Positions 26,836 to 37,345 of a stretch of DNA of 64,000 nt are shown one piece after another. The stretch comes from Cyanobacteria bacterium P01_D01_bin.156. GTDB taxonomy: Bacteria > Cyanobacteriota > Cyanobacteriia > Phormidesmidales > Phormidesmidaceae. How positions within the stretch are numbered: the first letter of the stretch is position 1; every line of letters starts with the position of its first letter. The notes beneath the pieces are model-generated. The model made no database searches. It was not told where the DNA came from and saw nothing but the letters and a program-made list of their open reading frames with translations. The translations under genes were made by a program, and so were the position numbers. Location: assembly GCA_039024555.1 (NCBI GenBank), contig JBCCQQ010000033.1, positions 1-64,000 on the forward strand. The letters are read 5' to 3'.

Positions 26836-29538
26836 ATGCTATTTTACAAAGCCCATTCTAAATGGTGGGCATGTCTTAGTTCGCTAGGCATGTTGGCTAC
26901 GGTTACACCTGTTTATGCTCAAGCGACTCAGGTAGCTGGGGATGGTACCGTTGGTACTTTGGTTAATACTGACCTCTCTACTGCCTGTACCACGGGTGTT
27001 TGTTCTGTTACCGGCGGCACTCAAGTTGGCAACAGTCTTTTTCATAGTTTTGATCAGTTTTCTATCGAAGATGGTGATGAGGTTCGGTTTGACAATACTG
27101 GTGTTGAGACCATTTTTAGTCGAGTGACTGGCGGCAGTTCTTCAATAGATGGTTTAATTGGGACTGCTACAACAACTTCCACGGATATTTTTCTACTCAA
27201 TCCTCAAGGGATTCTCTTTGGTCCTAATGCCACACTTAATGTTAACGGTTCTTTTCTAACAAGCACTGCTGATAGCATCATTTTTGATAACGGGTCAAGC
27301 TTTAGTGCCAGTGCCCCAAACCAAATGAGTGGTTTACTAAGCATTAGTACTCCAGTAGGGTTGCAATATGGAAATAACCCCGGAAGTATTAATATACAAG
27401 GCCCTGGACATCAGCTCACCCTATTTCCTTCATTTGAGTTTAACCGAACTAATCGTCCTGATGGACTACGGGTCAATAGTGGCGAAACCCTTGCGCTTTT
27501 GGGTGGCCCCATTACCCTCGACGGTGGTAATGTAACAGCCTTTGGTGGTCACGTAGAGTTAGCTAGCGTAGGGGGCAACAGTGTTATTGGTATTCAACAA
27601 ACATCCTCTGGCTGGGAGTTTGACTATGATCAAGCAACCAATCTACAAGATATCTCCTTCAACAATGCTAGCTCTGTTGACGTTAGCGATGTCGATGGTG
27701 GTTCTGTAAGTGTACAGGCTAGCGACTTATCTCTACTGGATGGTTCTGTAATTGTTGCTAATCTCCAAGGCTCAGGAACTAGCGGTGGCATTGATATTGA
27801 AGCTGAGAGTATTCTGGTGCAAGATCAAGCTGGCTCGGTCAAAAGTGGCTTATACAGTGATGTTGAATTTTTGGGAACAGGTCAGGGAGGAAACCTCAAT
27901 ATCCAAACACAGCAGCTATCTGTTCTAAATGCAGGTGAATTAACTGCCAATAACTATTGGGAGGGAGATGCAGGAAATATCAATGTACAAGCCGATCAGA
28001 TCACAATGACTGGAGATAGCTTTATTGTCTCATTTGGTGATTTCTTTGCATCGGGAGACACTGGCAACGTAACCATTAAAGCAAACATCATTGATTTGAG
28101 AGATGGGGCACAAATTGCGACCACAAATTTCGGTTCTGGCACCACGGGAATTATGCAGGTTACTGCAGAGCAGTTGTTTTTTCAGGGTGTTAGTTCAGAT
28201 GGCTTTACTCAGAGTGGTTTAGAGTCTCTTGGAGCTAATAGTAATGGTGGAACAATTCTTGTTAATGCTGATACGATTCAGCTGTTGGATGGTGGACTGA
28301 TCTCAGCCAGCACTTTTGGAAGTGCTTCTGGAGGAGATGTTACTATTAATGCTAATAGCCTTGAGGCGATTGGAGGCACTTCCAATGGTAGTCCAAGTGG
28401 CGTTCTCAGCTCCGTACTACAGGGCGCTACAGGCAATGGTGGAAATGTTTTGTTAATAGTGGATCAGCTGCAGTTAGCTGATGGCGCTAATGTTGGAGTA
28501 AACACCTTTGGGGATGGTAATGCAGGCAGCCTAGCTATCAATTCCGAGACAATTGATCTGGTCGGAGTAGCTGCAGAGGGACGTACGGCAATTCTGGCCA
28601 ATGCGATTTTAGGAAATGGCAATGGTGGCAATATTGATATTAGTGCACAACAAGTTAATATTCGTGATGGTGCAACAATTACTGTGGGTAACTTCCAAAC
28701 CTTAGGATTATTCCCGCCAGGGCAGGGCTCTCCCGGTAATATCGTAATTGTTGCAGACGGGCTTTCTCTTCAAAATGATGCCACTATTGTGGCAGATACA
28801 TTAGCTGCTGATAACAATCTTGGCAATATTGTATTGAATGTAGATACCCTGACTCTGCAGCAGGAAAGTCGCATTAGCACTAATGCTCAAGGTAGTTCTA
28901 TGGGGGGCAATATTATGATCGATGCGATCGCACTAGTGGCGAAAGATAATAGCGATATTTCTGCCAATGCCCAGCAGGGGGTAGGTGGCCGCATTGTTAT
29001 CAATGCAAGCCAGATTTTTGGGACTGAATTTCGTTCGGAACTGACGCCTGATAACGATATCACTGCCAGTTCTGAACTCGGTCATACTTTTAACGGGACT
29101 GTGGAGCTCAACACTTCCTACGTTGAACCTACCCAAGGCATTACAACCCTGCCTACTGCCACCGTGGATAATGAACAGCAAGTAGCTCGCAAATGTTCTA
29201 TTGATGATGCCAATTCCCTGGTGGTTACCGGTCGTGGTGGCGTGGCCCAAAACCCAACCCAAGCTCTGCAAGTAAACAACAATAATAATATTTGGACTGA
29301 CCGTCGGCTTGCTTCTTCGCCTATATCGTCAGGCAGCTCGCCATCAGAATTAACTGATGATTCAGAAGATGCCCCAGGGCAAGCTTCAACCGACACTCCC
29401 GCAGTACCTCACTTAGTGGAAGCACAAGCACTCGTAACAGCAAATGGACAGATACAGTTAGTTACGTCAACCCCAACAGAAACAGACACCCTAAATCTGC
29501 TGGCCTGTGGAGTGCCTCAATCTAGTGACTCAATCTGA
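26836..29538 (+). CDS. filamentous haemagglutinin N-terminal domain exoprotein (TpsA-like beta-helix)
   Basis: Signal peptide, LFHSFDQF, FLLNPQGILFGPNA TPS motif, G(N/D)(A/G)G(N/D)I repeats, C-terminal TGRGG...VEAQ. Confidence 0.9.
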   Translation: MLFYKAHSKWWACLSSLGMLATVTPVYAQATQVAGDGTVGTLVNTDLSTACTTGVCSVTGGTQVGNSLFHSFDQFSIEDGDEVRFDNTGVETIFSRVTGGSSSIDGLIGTATTTSTDIFLLNPQGILFGPNATLNVNGSFLTSTADSIIFDNGSSFSASAPNQMSGLLSISTPVGLQYGNNPGSINIQGPGHQLTLFPSFEFNRTNRPDGLRVNSGETLALLGGPITLDGGNVTAFGGHVELASVGGNSVIGIQQTSSGWEFDYDQATNLQDISFNNASSVDVSDVDGGSVSVQASDLSLLDGSVIVANLQGSGTSGGIDIEAESILVQDQAGSVKSGLYSDVEFLGTGQGGNLNIQTQQLSVLNAGELTANNYWEGDAGNINVQADQITMTGDSFIVSFGDFFASGDTGNVTIKANIIDLRDGAQIATTNFGSGTTGIMQVTAEQLFFQGVSSDGFTQSGLESLGANSNGGTILVNADTIQLLDGGLISASTFGSASGGDVTINANSLEAIGGTSNGSPSGVLSSVLQGATGNGGNVLLIVDQLQLADGANVGVNTFGDGNAGSLAINSETIDLVGVAAEGRTAILANAILGNGNGGNIDISAQQVNIRDGATITVGNFQTLGLFPPGQGSPGNIVIVADGLSLQNDATIVADTLAADNNLGNIVLNVDTLTLQQESRISTNAQGSSMGGNIMIDAIALVAKDNSDISANAQQGVGGRIVINASQIFGTEFRSELTPDNDITASSELGHTFNGTVELNTSYVEPTQGITTLPTATVDNEQQVARKCSIDDANSLVVTGRGGVAQNPTQALQVNNNNNIWTDRRLASSPISSGSSPSELTDDSEDAPGQASTDTPAVPHLVEAQALVTANGQIQLVTSTPTETDTLNLLACGVPQSSDSI

Positions 29539-29709
29539 AGAAGCGTAATCTCAGATAGCTGAATTTATCCCTTCTGAGATCAAAAGGCTACTTTGAATAC
29601 TCTGGAGCTGTTAGGAAACTACTTCACAGTTTAAGCCTGAAAAGCTTGTTAAGCCATGATTTAAATGCACAAAAGGCCATGATTCTAATGTTTAACAAGC
29701 CCTCTTGCA

Positions 29710-30351
29710 TCAAGGATGAATCTGATTCAGAATCATGCGCAAGCGATCGTAATCATCTTTGAGCAAGGTACCCACTATTCGACCAGCCAATACTAGCCAA
29801 TCCCGATCAAACTTCCTTAGCCGATACACCTCACGAATTGCTGCAGCTACCAAACTCTCACTTGGCACTGCATTGACCTGCAACAACGTCCGCAAAAAAT
29901 CTAACTCCTTCGTAAATCGTATAATTTCCTCCAGCTCACATCGGTACACAGCTTGATGTACCTGGGGTGGCCGTGGTGGCAAGTGCTGATAAAAGCGCTT
30001 CTTATCAGACGTTTCAAATCCTATAATGGCGACCCGAAACTCAGTTTTCAACATCGCAAAAACTTGCGGTTGTTGCTGCCGCAAATCTTCCAACGTCATC
30101 CCCAATGCCCGTGCCCGATGAACTGAATCGATGGGGCTTGTGGTTGCATGATAGACCACCCCATAAATTTGATTGCCCGTTTCCTCATCTAAGGACTTTA
30201 CCCAGCTACCAAAGGGAGGCATCGCTGGGAAACTCAAATCATCTGGCTCCAGACATTGAGCCAAAAACTCCGTCGTTGTTGTTTCAATCACCTCAGCAAT
30301 ATGAGCCGGATGTCGTTCACTGTCGACCAGCTGGGGGAAAGGAAGACGCAT
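29710..30351 (-). CDS. HAS-barrel domain protein
   Basis: AEVIETTTTEFLAQC, PPFGSWV, YQHLPPRPPQVH, LKDDYDRL; start placed at MRLP. Confidence 0.7.
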   Translation of the reverse strand: MRLPFPQLVDSERHPAHIAEVIETTTTEFLAQCLEPDDLSFPAMPPFGSWVKSLDEETGNQIYGVVYHATTSPIDSVHRARALGMTLEDLRQQQPQVFAMLKTEFRVAIIGFETSDKKRFYQHLPPRPPQVHQAVYRCELEEIIRFTKELDFLRTLLQVNAVPSESLVAAAIREVYRLRKFDRDWLVLAGRIVGTLLKDDYDRLRMILNQIHP

Positions 30352-30571
30352 CATTGTGAAAAGTAGTACAGACGCATTTAGTACATTAGCACTATATCCC
30401 AAAGATGGCATCCGATTTAAGTCGTAGCGTTACTGCTCCTTCAGAAGTATTAGTTTGTCCTACAGACGGTGTGATATGGATATCTAGCTCTCTAGTAAAC
30501 ACCCCATCAAGTCAGCCACAACCAATATTTGATATGCGAGCACCCTTTGTGGGTAACCGTGCTATTGATAA

Positions 30572-30766
30572 CTATTTTTTCTTGCCGCGTTTAGGCTTAA
30601 CAGCTTCAATATCCGACAGCTTAAAGGTGACAAGCTTATCCCAGTTGCCCCCTTCAAACAGCACAGCGACTTTGCCATCAGTAATACGCTGTACTAATCC
30701 CTGAAACCCATAGTAGGTGTCGTTAACGTTAGTTACCTTTACTGGAGAACCAGGCAAAATGATCAT
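30572..30766 (-). CDS. ndhS: NAD(P)H dehydrogenase subunit NdhS
   Basis: ILPGSPVKV...[31 protein letters not shown]. Confidence 0.93.
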   Translation of the reverse strand: MIILPGSPVKVTNVNDTYYGFQGLVQRITDGKVAVLFEGGNWDKLVTFKLSDIEAVKPKRGKKK

Positions 30767-30873
30767 TACTATTATTGTTTCCCTAGAGTTTCAAGAAATA
30801 TTCTAACGGTAGGTTGAAATCCTACGATGCCAAATCCCAATATAAAGCAACTTCATAGGTGAACCAGGGAGTG

Positions 30874-32130
30874 TCAGAACTTGAGGCGATGTTGATAATT
30901 GGCCACCGACTCCACAATACCAATAGCAATAAAATTGGTAAGCAATGACGAGCGTCCATAACTCATCCACGGTAACGGAATTCCGGTAATGGGAGCTAGA
31001 CCAATTGTCATGCCAATATTTACCACCACCTGAAAAACAATCATAGATAGGACACCAATGGCTAACAGCGAGCCAAAATTATCCTTAGCATTCTGAGCGA
31101 TGATGATCAAGCGTAGACAAATAAACCAAAAAGCGAACACCATGGCGAGGGCGCCCATAAAGCCCATCTCTTCACCCAGGGCAGAAAAAATAAAATCAGT
31201 GTGCTGTTCAGGGATAAAGCTCAGTTGAGTTTGGGTTCCGTGAAATAATCCTCTACCCCACAGTTGACCTGACCCAATGGCGATACGCGATTGAATCAAA
31301 TGGTATCCACCCCCCAGGGGATCTTGCTCCGGATTCAAGAATAGGGTTAGTCGATCACGCTGATAGTCTTGCAACACCCCCCAAAGCAGTTCGCCAATTT
31401 TGCCAGCAATGGAGTTAATAACCACGATAATCAGGGTGCTGTACCAGCGTAGCGGTAAGGTCATCCAGGCAATAATGCCCATGAGGATGACCCAGCCGAT
31501 CCAAGCTGGTATGTATAGGTTGAAAATAATAGCTGCCACGATAGGAGAGACTAGCAGCACTAACCACCCTGGGTTCATATTGCTCCAATAGAGCATGCCT
31601 AAAACAATTGCACCAAAGACCAGAGATGTTCCTAGGTCAGGCTGTAGAAAAATCAGAGCCCAAGGCACCCCCGTAATGGCCAGGGCTTTCAGTAGGCCTC
31701 CCAGGGTAGTAGACTCTCGGTCTTTGAGGGTTGCTGCCAGGGTGATGATGATACCAACTTTGGCAAATTCGGAGGGCTGAATATTGAAGCCACCAATGCT
31801 GATCCAGCTCTGAGCCCCATTGCCGACGGTTCCCACTAGCATAACGGCCACTAAAGAAACATTAGTGGCCAAATAAATGATCCAGCGCCATTCCAAGAGT
31901 GATTCGTAGCGGCTGCGCGCTAGCCACATACAGATAATGACACCCAAAACACACATAATCACATGGTTCCAGGCTAGATCAGTTTCACCAGTGTATAGCC
32001 GAGTGCTGGCAATAAGTAAACTGGAGAATAGGGTAATGCTGACGGGAACCAACAACAGCAGCCAATCAATACCGCGCCAGGGATGTAACCAGCGATGGAA
32101 CCATTTTCCTAGAACTGTGGTTTGGGCCAT
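30874..32130 (-). CDS. rodA: rod shape-determining protein RodA
   Basis: SEDS motifs QPSEFAK, QPDLGT, IPEQHTDFIF, GIPLPWMSYG. Confidence 0.93.
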   Translation of the reverse strand: MAQTTVLGKWFHRWLHPWRGIDWLLLLVPVSITLFSSLLIASTRLYTGETDLAWNHVIMCVLGVIICMWLARSRYESLLEWRWIIYLATNVSLVAVMLVGTVGNGAQSWISIGGFNIQPSEFAKVGIIITLAATLKDRESTTLGGLLKALAITGVPWALIFLQPDLGTSLVFGAIVLGMLYWSNMNPGWLVLLVSPIVAAIIFNLYIPAWIGWVILMGIIAWMTLPLRWYSTLIIVVINSIAGKIGELLWGVLQDYQRDRLTLFLNPEQDPLGGGYHLIQSRIAIGSGQLWGRGLFHGTQTQLSFIPEQHTDFIFSALGEEMGFMGALAMVFAFWFICLRLIIIAQNAKDNFGSLLAIGVLSMIVFQVVVNIGMTIGLAPITGIPLPWMSYGRSSLLTNFIAIGIVESVANYQHRLKF

Positions 32131-32283
32131 AACAGCAAAAACTGAGAATAGCTTAGTAATACATTGGTTAGAGCCTGAATTACCGTTTTTGACTTAGGGG
32201 AAAACCGGTGATGTATAGGTTGTTCTTGGTCAATACTTGGCCGATCAACTCATTTCTAGTATAAGCACGTCAGCAATGTAGGT

Positions 32284-33354
32284 TTAGGTTAGGGCTGCGA
32301 CAGAAACCTTTGCTGCCACCTGTTGCGCAATTTTGGTCAGAGCTTGAGCAGATGCTGACTCGGGCTGGGCCAATACAATTGGTTTCCCTTCATCGCCACC
32401 GGCCCGAACAGACATTTCTAACGGAATACAGCCCAATAAAGGAACATTCAACGCTTCAGCAGCTTTGGCACCACCTCCGGAGCCAAAAATGTCATAGTTT
32501 TTTTCAGGCATGTCGGGGGGAACAAAGTAGCTCATGTTTTCTACAATCCCCAGTACACCAACCTTCAACTGTTGAAACATTTTTAATCCACGTCGAGCAT
32601 CGGCAAGGGCAACATCTTGAGGTGTGGTGACAATCACGACGCCAGCCATGGGGACAGCCTGGGCCATGGTCAATTGGGCATCGCCGGTGCCAGGGGGCAT
32701 ATCTACAATCAGATAGTCTAACTCTCCCCACTGCACCTGGTATAAAAACTGACGAATGATGCCATTTAGCATGGGCCCTCGCCATACAACCGGCTGGTCA
32801 GGGTCAATCAGGAAGCCCATGGAAACGAGTTTGACGCCATGGTTAAAGGCCGGTTCCAGTTCCTGTTGGCCATTGCTTCCATCTCTAACAACAACATTGC
32901 CATCTTTGACTCCCATCATAATGGGTGCATTGGGACCGTAAATGTCTGCATCTAGCAGCCCTACCTTGGCACCTGCTTGAGCTAAGGCAACGGCCAGGTT
33001 TACAGCAACGGTACTTTTACCAACGCCGCCTTTACCGCTGGATACGGCCAAAATGTTTTTAACGTTATCAATTCCTTGCTGGTCGGGAAGAGAGGCTTTT
33101 TGCTGGGGAGTTTCTGCAGTGACATCAACTGCTACTGAGGTAATGCCAGGGAGTGCTTTTACAGCTTTTTCGCAATCCTCGACGATAAATTCCTTGAGGG
33201 GGCATGCGGGCGTTGTTAGCACTAGCGTAAAACTCACATGACCATCATTAACGACTACATGGCGGATCATGTTGAGTTCAACCAAGCTCTTCTGCAGCTC
33301 AGGGTCTTGAACGGGGCGAAGGGCGTTCAGAATTGCCTCAGTTGTCGGCGCCAT
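32284..33354 (-). CDS. mrp: Mrp/ApbC (NBP35 family) Fe-S carrier ATPase
   Basis: N-terminal DPEL...TTPACP, GKGGVGKST, DADIYGP, WRGPM, DMPPGTGD, ENMS. Confidence 0.93.
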   Translation of the reverse strand: MAPTTEAILNALRPVQDPELQKSLVELNMIRHVVVNDGHVSFTLVLTTPACPLKEFIVEDCEKAVKALPGITSVAVDVTAETPQQKASLPDQQGIDNVKNILAVSSGKGGVGKSTVAVNLAVALAQAGAKVGLLDADIYGPNAPIMMGVKDGNVVVRDGSNGQQELEPAFNHGVKLVSMGFLIDPDQPVVWRGPMLNGIIRQFLYQVQWGELDYLIVDMPPGTGDAQLTMAQAVPMAGVVIVTTPQDVALADARRGLKMFQQLKVGVLGIVENMSYFVPPDMPEKNYDIFGSGGGAKAAEALNVPLLGCIPLEMSVRAGGDEGKPIVLAQPESASAQALTKIAQQVAAKVSVAALT

Positions 33355-33576
33355 ATGTATTAAAAGACGAGTATGAACGAACGGCTTCTTAAAGACTGGG
33401 TTGCTAATTTTTCCTTAGTGGTTAGTCGACCAACCTGCAAACAGCTGGACCAGTCAATCAAACCAAGCTTTGGAGATTAGCAGTGTTTAAGAGAATATTT
33501 GTCTTCCATTCTAAGCCTTCATGCCCCATGCTGTAGCGACATTACAGACAATATGCTTCTACAAATTTAGGAACTT

Positions 33577-34140
33577 TCAGCTAAAGATATCCCGATATTG
33601 ATTGGGGATAATGCTAGCTGTTGTTGTTTGTTCGGCTGCTTGGGCTAAAGCATCGGCGACACGAGCAGCGTAGGGACGCAGGAATGACCAGGCGACAGGG
33701 GAAAGCCAGCCTTTGAGCTCAATGGAGTAGGAAATCAAGGTGCCGCATAATGCAGACTCTAGGCGGTAAATAGTGCGTTCTTGCAGTCCGGGAATAGGAA
33801 ACATTCGCAAACTAATGTACTCACCGGGAAGGACATTTTCCACAAAAATTTTGATGGGGACAGGAACCCAGCGAGCAAACACTCGATAGATCAATCCCGG
33901 TTTAGCCTGTTGCCCATTGGGCGCATTGGTGGATGTAATCAGTGGATGCCATGAGGATAAGCCCGCAAGGTCGTTAATTGTTTGCCATAAAATTTCAATG
34001 GAGGCTGTGCTACTGACTTGATAATGCTTTTCCAAAGTGCGTTGACTAATCTGACCTGAGTGTGGAGAGGCGGTCGATGGGGATGCCAAAAAAGGGGAGG
34101 TTAGTTTTCTTGTCAGTGACTGAAACCAGGTTCGAAGCAT
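33577..34140 (-). CDS. SRPBCC (polyketide cyclase/START-like) family protein
   Basis: LWQTINDLAGLSSWHP and a C-terminal helix pattern. Confidence 0.7.
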   Translation of the reverse strand: MLRTWFQSLTRKLTSPFLASPSTASPHSGQISQRTLEKHYQVSSTASIEILWQTINDLAGLSSWHPLITSTNAPNGQQAKPGLIYRVFARWVPVPIKIFVENVLPGEYISLRMFPIPGLQERTIYRLESALCGTLISYSIELKGWLSPVAWSFLRPYAARVADALAQAAEQTTTASIIPNQYRDIFS

Positions 34141-34378
34141 GGATGTATAGAGGACCTCAGGTATTCGTCAGGATTAGCAGGAGCTTGGCAATTTTATTCA
34201 TTGAAAGGCATTTTAACGCTGGGGTACTTGTAACTTAGTAACTGGTCCGTGAGTTCAGGCCTGGAACGCCTCTGCCACATAGGCTCAAGCTTTTGTCAAG
34301 GATTGTCACACTGTGTGTCAAGTTGGTTAAAAAAGCTCGAAAATATGATTCATTATCAGTTAGTTAGCTGCTTGCATC

Positions 34379-34412
34379 ATCTAACGTTTATGCACTTGTA
34401 CAAACGTTAGAT
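34379..34412. repeat. 11-bp inverted repeat upstream of hemF
   Basis: atctaacgttt-atgcacttgtac-aaacgttagat. Confidence 0.55.
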
Positions 34413-34506
34413 ATCTGAGTTGAGTTTCTTAGCTTGCTCTAGGTTTATGAAATTAGCGGCACAGATATTCATCACCTTGTTTTTTAGTTCTAGGTTCTAG
34501 ATCGTT

Positions 34507-35544
34507 ATGGTCATTGCTTCTACGCAGAATTCTACGCAGAAGGTATCTGGTCCAGTTGCTCCTCCCAGTGATTCTCGCGAACGTGTCAGTGCGGGATTTA
34601 AGGGGTTACAGGATCGTATTTGTCAGAAGCTAGCTGAAGTGGATGGTGTTGGTCAGTTTATGGAAGACCAGTGGACTCGTCCCGATGGTGGTGGTGGCCG
34701 TTCACGGGTGATGAAGCAGGGTGATGTGTTTGAGCAGGGAGGGGTTAACTTCTCTGAAGTTTGGGGGGACCGTTTACCTCCTTCAATTTTGATGCAGCGT
34801 CCTGAAGCAGAAGGGCATGGGTTCTATGCCACCGGAACGTCCATGGTTTTGCACCCTCGTAATCCCTATATTCCAACGGTTCACTTAAACTATCGCTACT
34901 TTGAGGCAGGGCCAGTTTGGTGGTTTGGTGGTGGTATTGACTTAACTCCCTATTACCCTTTTGAAGAAGATGTAGTTCAGTTTCATAGAACTATTAAGGA
35001 AGCGTGCGATCGCAACCATCCTGAGTACTACAACACGTTCAAATTGTGGTGTGACGAGTATTTTTACTTAAAACATCGTCAAGAGACTCGTGGTGTGGGC
35101 GGTGTATTTTTTGATTATCAGGACGGTACTGGTGAGCTATACCGTGGCCCTAGTCAGGAAGGCCCTGCGGCTAAGCACAGTAAAACCGTGGGTGAGCCTG
35201 GGCAGCGTAATTGGGAAGATTTGTTCAAATTTGCTATTGACTGTGGCGATTCCTTCTTGCCCGCTTACGTTCCCATTGTTGAGAAGCGCCGCCATACTGA
35301 ATATGGTGAGCATCAACGTAACTTCCAACTGTATCGCCGTGGCCGCTATGTAGAGTTCAACTTGGTCTACGACCGAGGAACCATATTTGGTCTACAAACC
35401 AATGGCCGTACTGAGTCTATTCTGATGTCACTGCCTCCTATGGTTCGTTGGGAATACAGCTATGCTCCTGAGCCAGGAACTCCTGAAGCAAGGCTGTATG
35501 ACATCTTTCTTAAGCCTCAGGACTGGGTAAACTGGCAAGGATAA
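34507..35544 (+). CDS. hemF: oxygen-dependent coproporphyrinogen III oxidase
   Basis: [44 protein letters not shown]. Confidence 0.97.
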   Translation: MVIASTQNSTQKVSGPVAPPSDSRERVSAGFKGLQDRICQKLAEVDGVGQFMEDQWTRPDGGGGRSRVMKQGDVFEQGGVNFSEVWGDRLPPSILMQRPEAEGHGFYATGTSMVLHPRNPYIPTVHLNYRYFEAGPVWWFGGGIDLTPYYPFEEDVVQFHRTIKEACDRNHPEYYNTFKLWCDEYFYLKHRQETRGVGGVFFDYQDGTGELYRGPSQEGPAAKHSKTVGEPGQRNWEDLFKFAIDCGDSFLPAYVPIVEKRRHTEYGEHQRNFQLYRRGRYVEFNLVYDRGTIFGLQTNGRTESILMSLPPMVRWEYSYAPEPGTPEARLYDIFLKPQDWVNWQG

Positions 35545-35968
35545 TTTTTGTCGTTTTTGATTTAGAGAATGAGTTCAGCCTATAGAATGTTCAATCTATA
35601 GATATGTCTAATTCTCTAAATTTGCTCACATCGTTGGAACTGAATTCGCCCTTTTAAGATCAACATTATTGTCAGGAAGATACTCTAGGCAGAAATGTGA
35701 TCTTTATTGCGGACACTATAAGCCACTTGAATGTCCTGATGTAACGTATCTGTACCTGCATACTGATGAAGGCCATTGCCGTAATGTGTTATGTACCTTT
35801 ATCTACTGGGGTGTTCTGTCAACTAATATCAGTGATCTGTCGTAAGAGTTTGGCGCATTTGTCCTTTCTGTTGAACTCAAGGGCATCCTGATAAGTAGGC
35901 GTAATATGGATATAAATCCATAGCTATCAGTGTATTTCAATATCAGAAGATATTAAGGGCCAGTCACT

Positions 35969-36331
35969 ATGGAGCAAAGAATCGTCAGTTCTCCTGATAG
36001 TAATCACCAGGTGGTGATTTTCTCACCTCAGGGTCGATTGGATATTACGACTGCTTGGCAGTTTCGTCTCAAGCTACAGGAGTGTATTGAAAAAGTGACT
36101 CCTCATATTATCGTTAACCTAAGTCAAGTTAATTTTATAGATAGTTCGGGGTTAACGTCGCTTGTAGCAGGTATGAGAGATGCCGATAAGATTCAGGGCA
36201 GCTTTAAGCTATGCAATGTTCATCCTGAATCGAAGCTAGTTTTTGAAGTGACTATGATGGATTCCGTCTTCGCGATTTACGAGAGTGAAGAGGAAGCGAT
36301 TAATGCTGCTCCCGAGCCTATGGCTTTTTAA
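35969..36331 (+). CDS. STAS domain anti-sigma factor antagonist
   Basis: GRLD, VNFIDSSGL phosphoacceptor motif. Confidence 0.9.
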   Translation: MEQRIVSSPDSNHQVVIFSPQGRLDITTAWQFRLKLQECIEKVTPHIIVNLSQVNFIDSSGLTSLVAGMRDADKIQGSFKLCNVHPESKLVFEVTMMDSVFAIYESEEEAINAAPEPMAF

Positions 36332-36403
36332 GCGCCTGAAGTCAGCTTCTGAAAATGCTTCTCAGACTCATCGCATTTTCAGATTTTAGGCAATCAAAGA
36401 ATT

Positions 36404-36440
36404 AAAGCAGCTGGCTAATTTTCTGGTCAGTTGCTTTTTT
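36404..36440 (+). terminator. rho-independent terminator after the STAS gene
   Basis: aaagcagctggcta...tggtcagttgctttttt stem (with G-U pairs) and U-tract. Confidence 0.7.
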
Positions 36441-36574
36441 GTGTGCTGCTACATAGTGCCTAATTTCGTTAAGGTGTATACATTGCTGGCTCGATTGCCG
36501 CCTAGGCTTTAGAACTCTTGGCAAAAAGCCATTCGCAGTAGAAAATGATGTCTAACCTTTTATTATCCCCACCA

Positions 36575-37303
36575 GTGAATAACCTCCGTACGGTTTCCGA
36601 TACCAAGCGTGCCTTTCATAGCCACCATTCTCGCCCTATTAATTCTCTTTACCGGCGAGTGGTAGAGGAACTGATGGTAGAAATGCATCTACTTTCGGTC
36701 AATGTTGATTTTGTGTACAACCCTCTATATGCCTTGGGTGTTGTGACTAGCTTTGATCGGTTTATGGTGGGATACGAGCCAGAGCAGGACAAAGCATCAA
36801 TTTTTGGAGCTATTTGCAATTCTGTTGGCGGTGATCCCCAACAGTATCGTCAAGACGCAGATGCTTTTCAGACTGCGGTCTCTAATCTTGCGTTGACTGA
36901 TTTTCAGGCTCAGCTTGATGGTGCTAAAGAGACCGGCGGTGATGGTTTACAGGGTCAGCTCAATATGGTGGCAACTCAGGCTAGCAGTAAGTACACGCGT
37001 TTAATGGCGGTTGGGCTGTATACACTATTTGAAACCGTTGATTCATCTGCTTTAGACGATAAAGAGCAGCGCGAAGAGATGCTTAAAACCGCTGCGGAGA
37101 TGTTGGCCTTACCGGCTGAAAAGGTTGAAAAGGATCTCGAACTTTATCGCAGCAACCTCGAAAAAATGGCTCAGGCTCAGGAAGTGATGAAGGATATCCT
37201 AGCTGCTGAACGTAAAAAGCGTGAGCAGCGTTCTCAGGCTAAGCAAGAAGCTACCACTACTAGCAGCGGGGATGCTCCCTCCGAAACAACGGAAACCGAA
37301 TAG
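36575..37303 (+). CDS. psb29: photosystem II biogenesis protein Psb29 (Thf1)
   Basis: RTVSDTKRAF...RPINSLYRRVVEELMVEMHLL, KDLELYRSNLEKM; GTG start at 36575. Confidence 0.93.
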   Translation: MNNLRTVSDTKRAFHSHHSRPINSLYRRVVEELMVEMHLLSVNVDFVYNPLYALGVVTSFDRFMVGYEPEQDKASIFGAICNSVGGDPQQYRQDADAFQTAVSNLALTDFQAQLDGAKETGGDGLQGQLNMVATQASSKYTRLMAVGLYTLFETVDSSALDDKEQREEMLKTAAEMLALPAEKVEKDLELYRSNLEKMAQAQEVMKDILAAERKKREQRSQAKQEATTTSSGDAPSETTETE

Positions 37304-37345
37304 TAAATTTAAGCTGCCCTGACAAGGGACTGGTTGCTTTCCCAA

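Noticed and set aside
22420..28920. Gap in HIP1 sites as evidence of foreign DNA
   Set aside because: By eye HIP1 occurs only about once per 2-3 kb here, and a similar gap covers housekeeping genes at 29-35 kb, so the gap is uninformative.
27700..29000. Recurring GNGGNI/GDAGNI-type units in the exoprotein
   Set aside because: Ordinary beta-helix repeats of TPS-family proteins.
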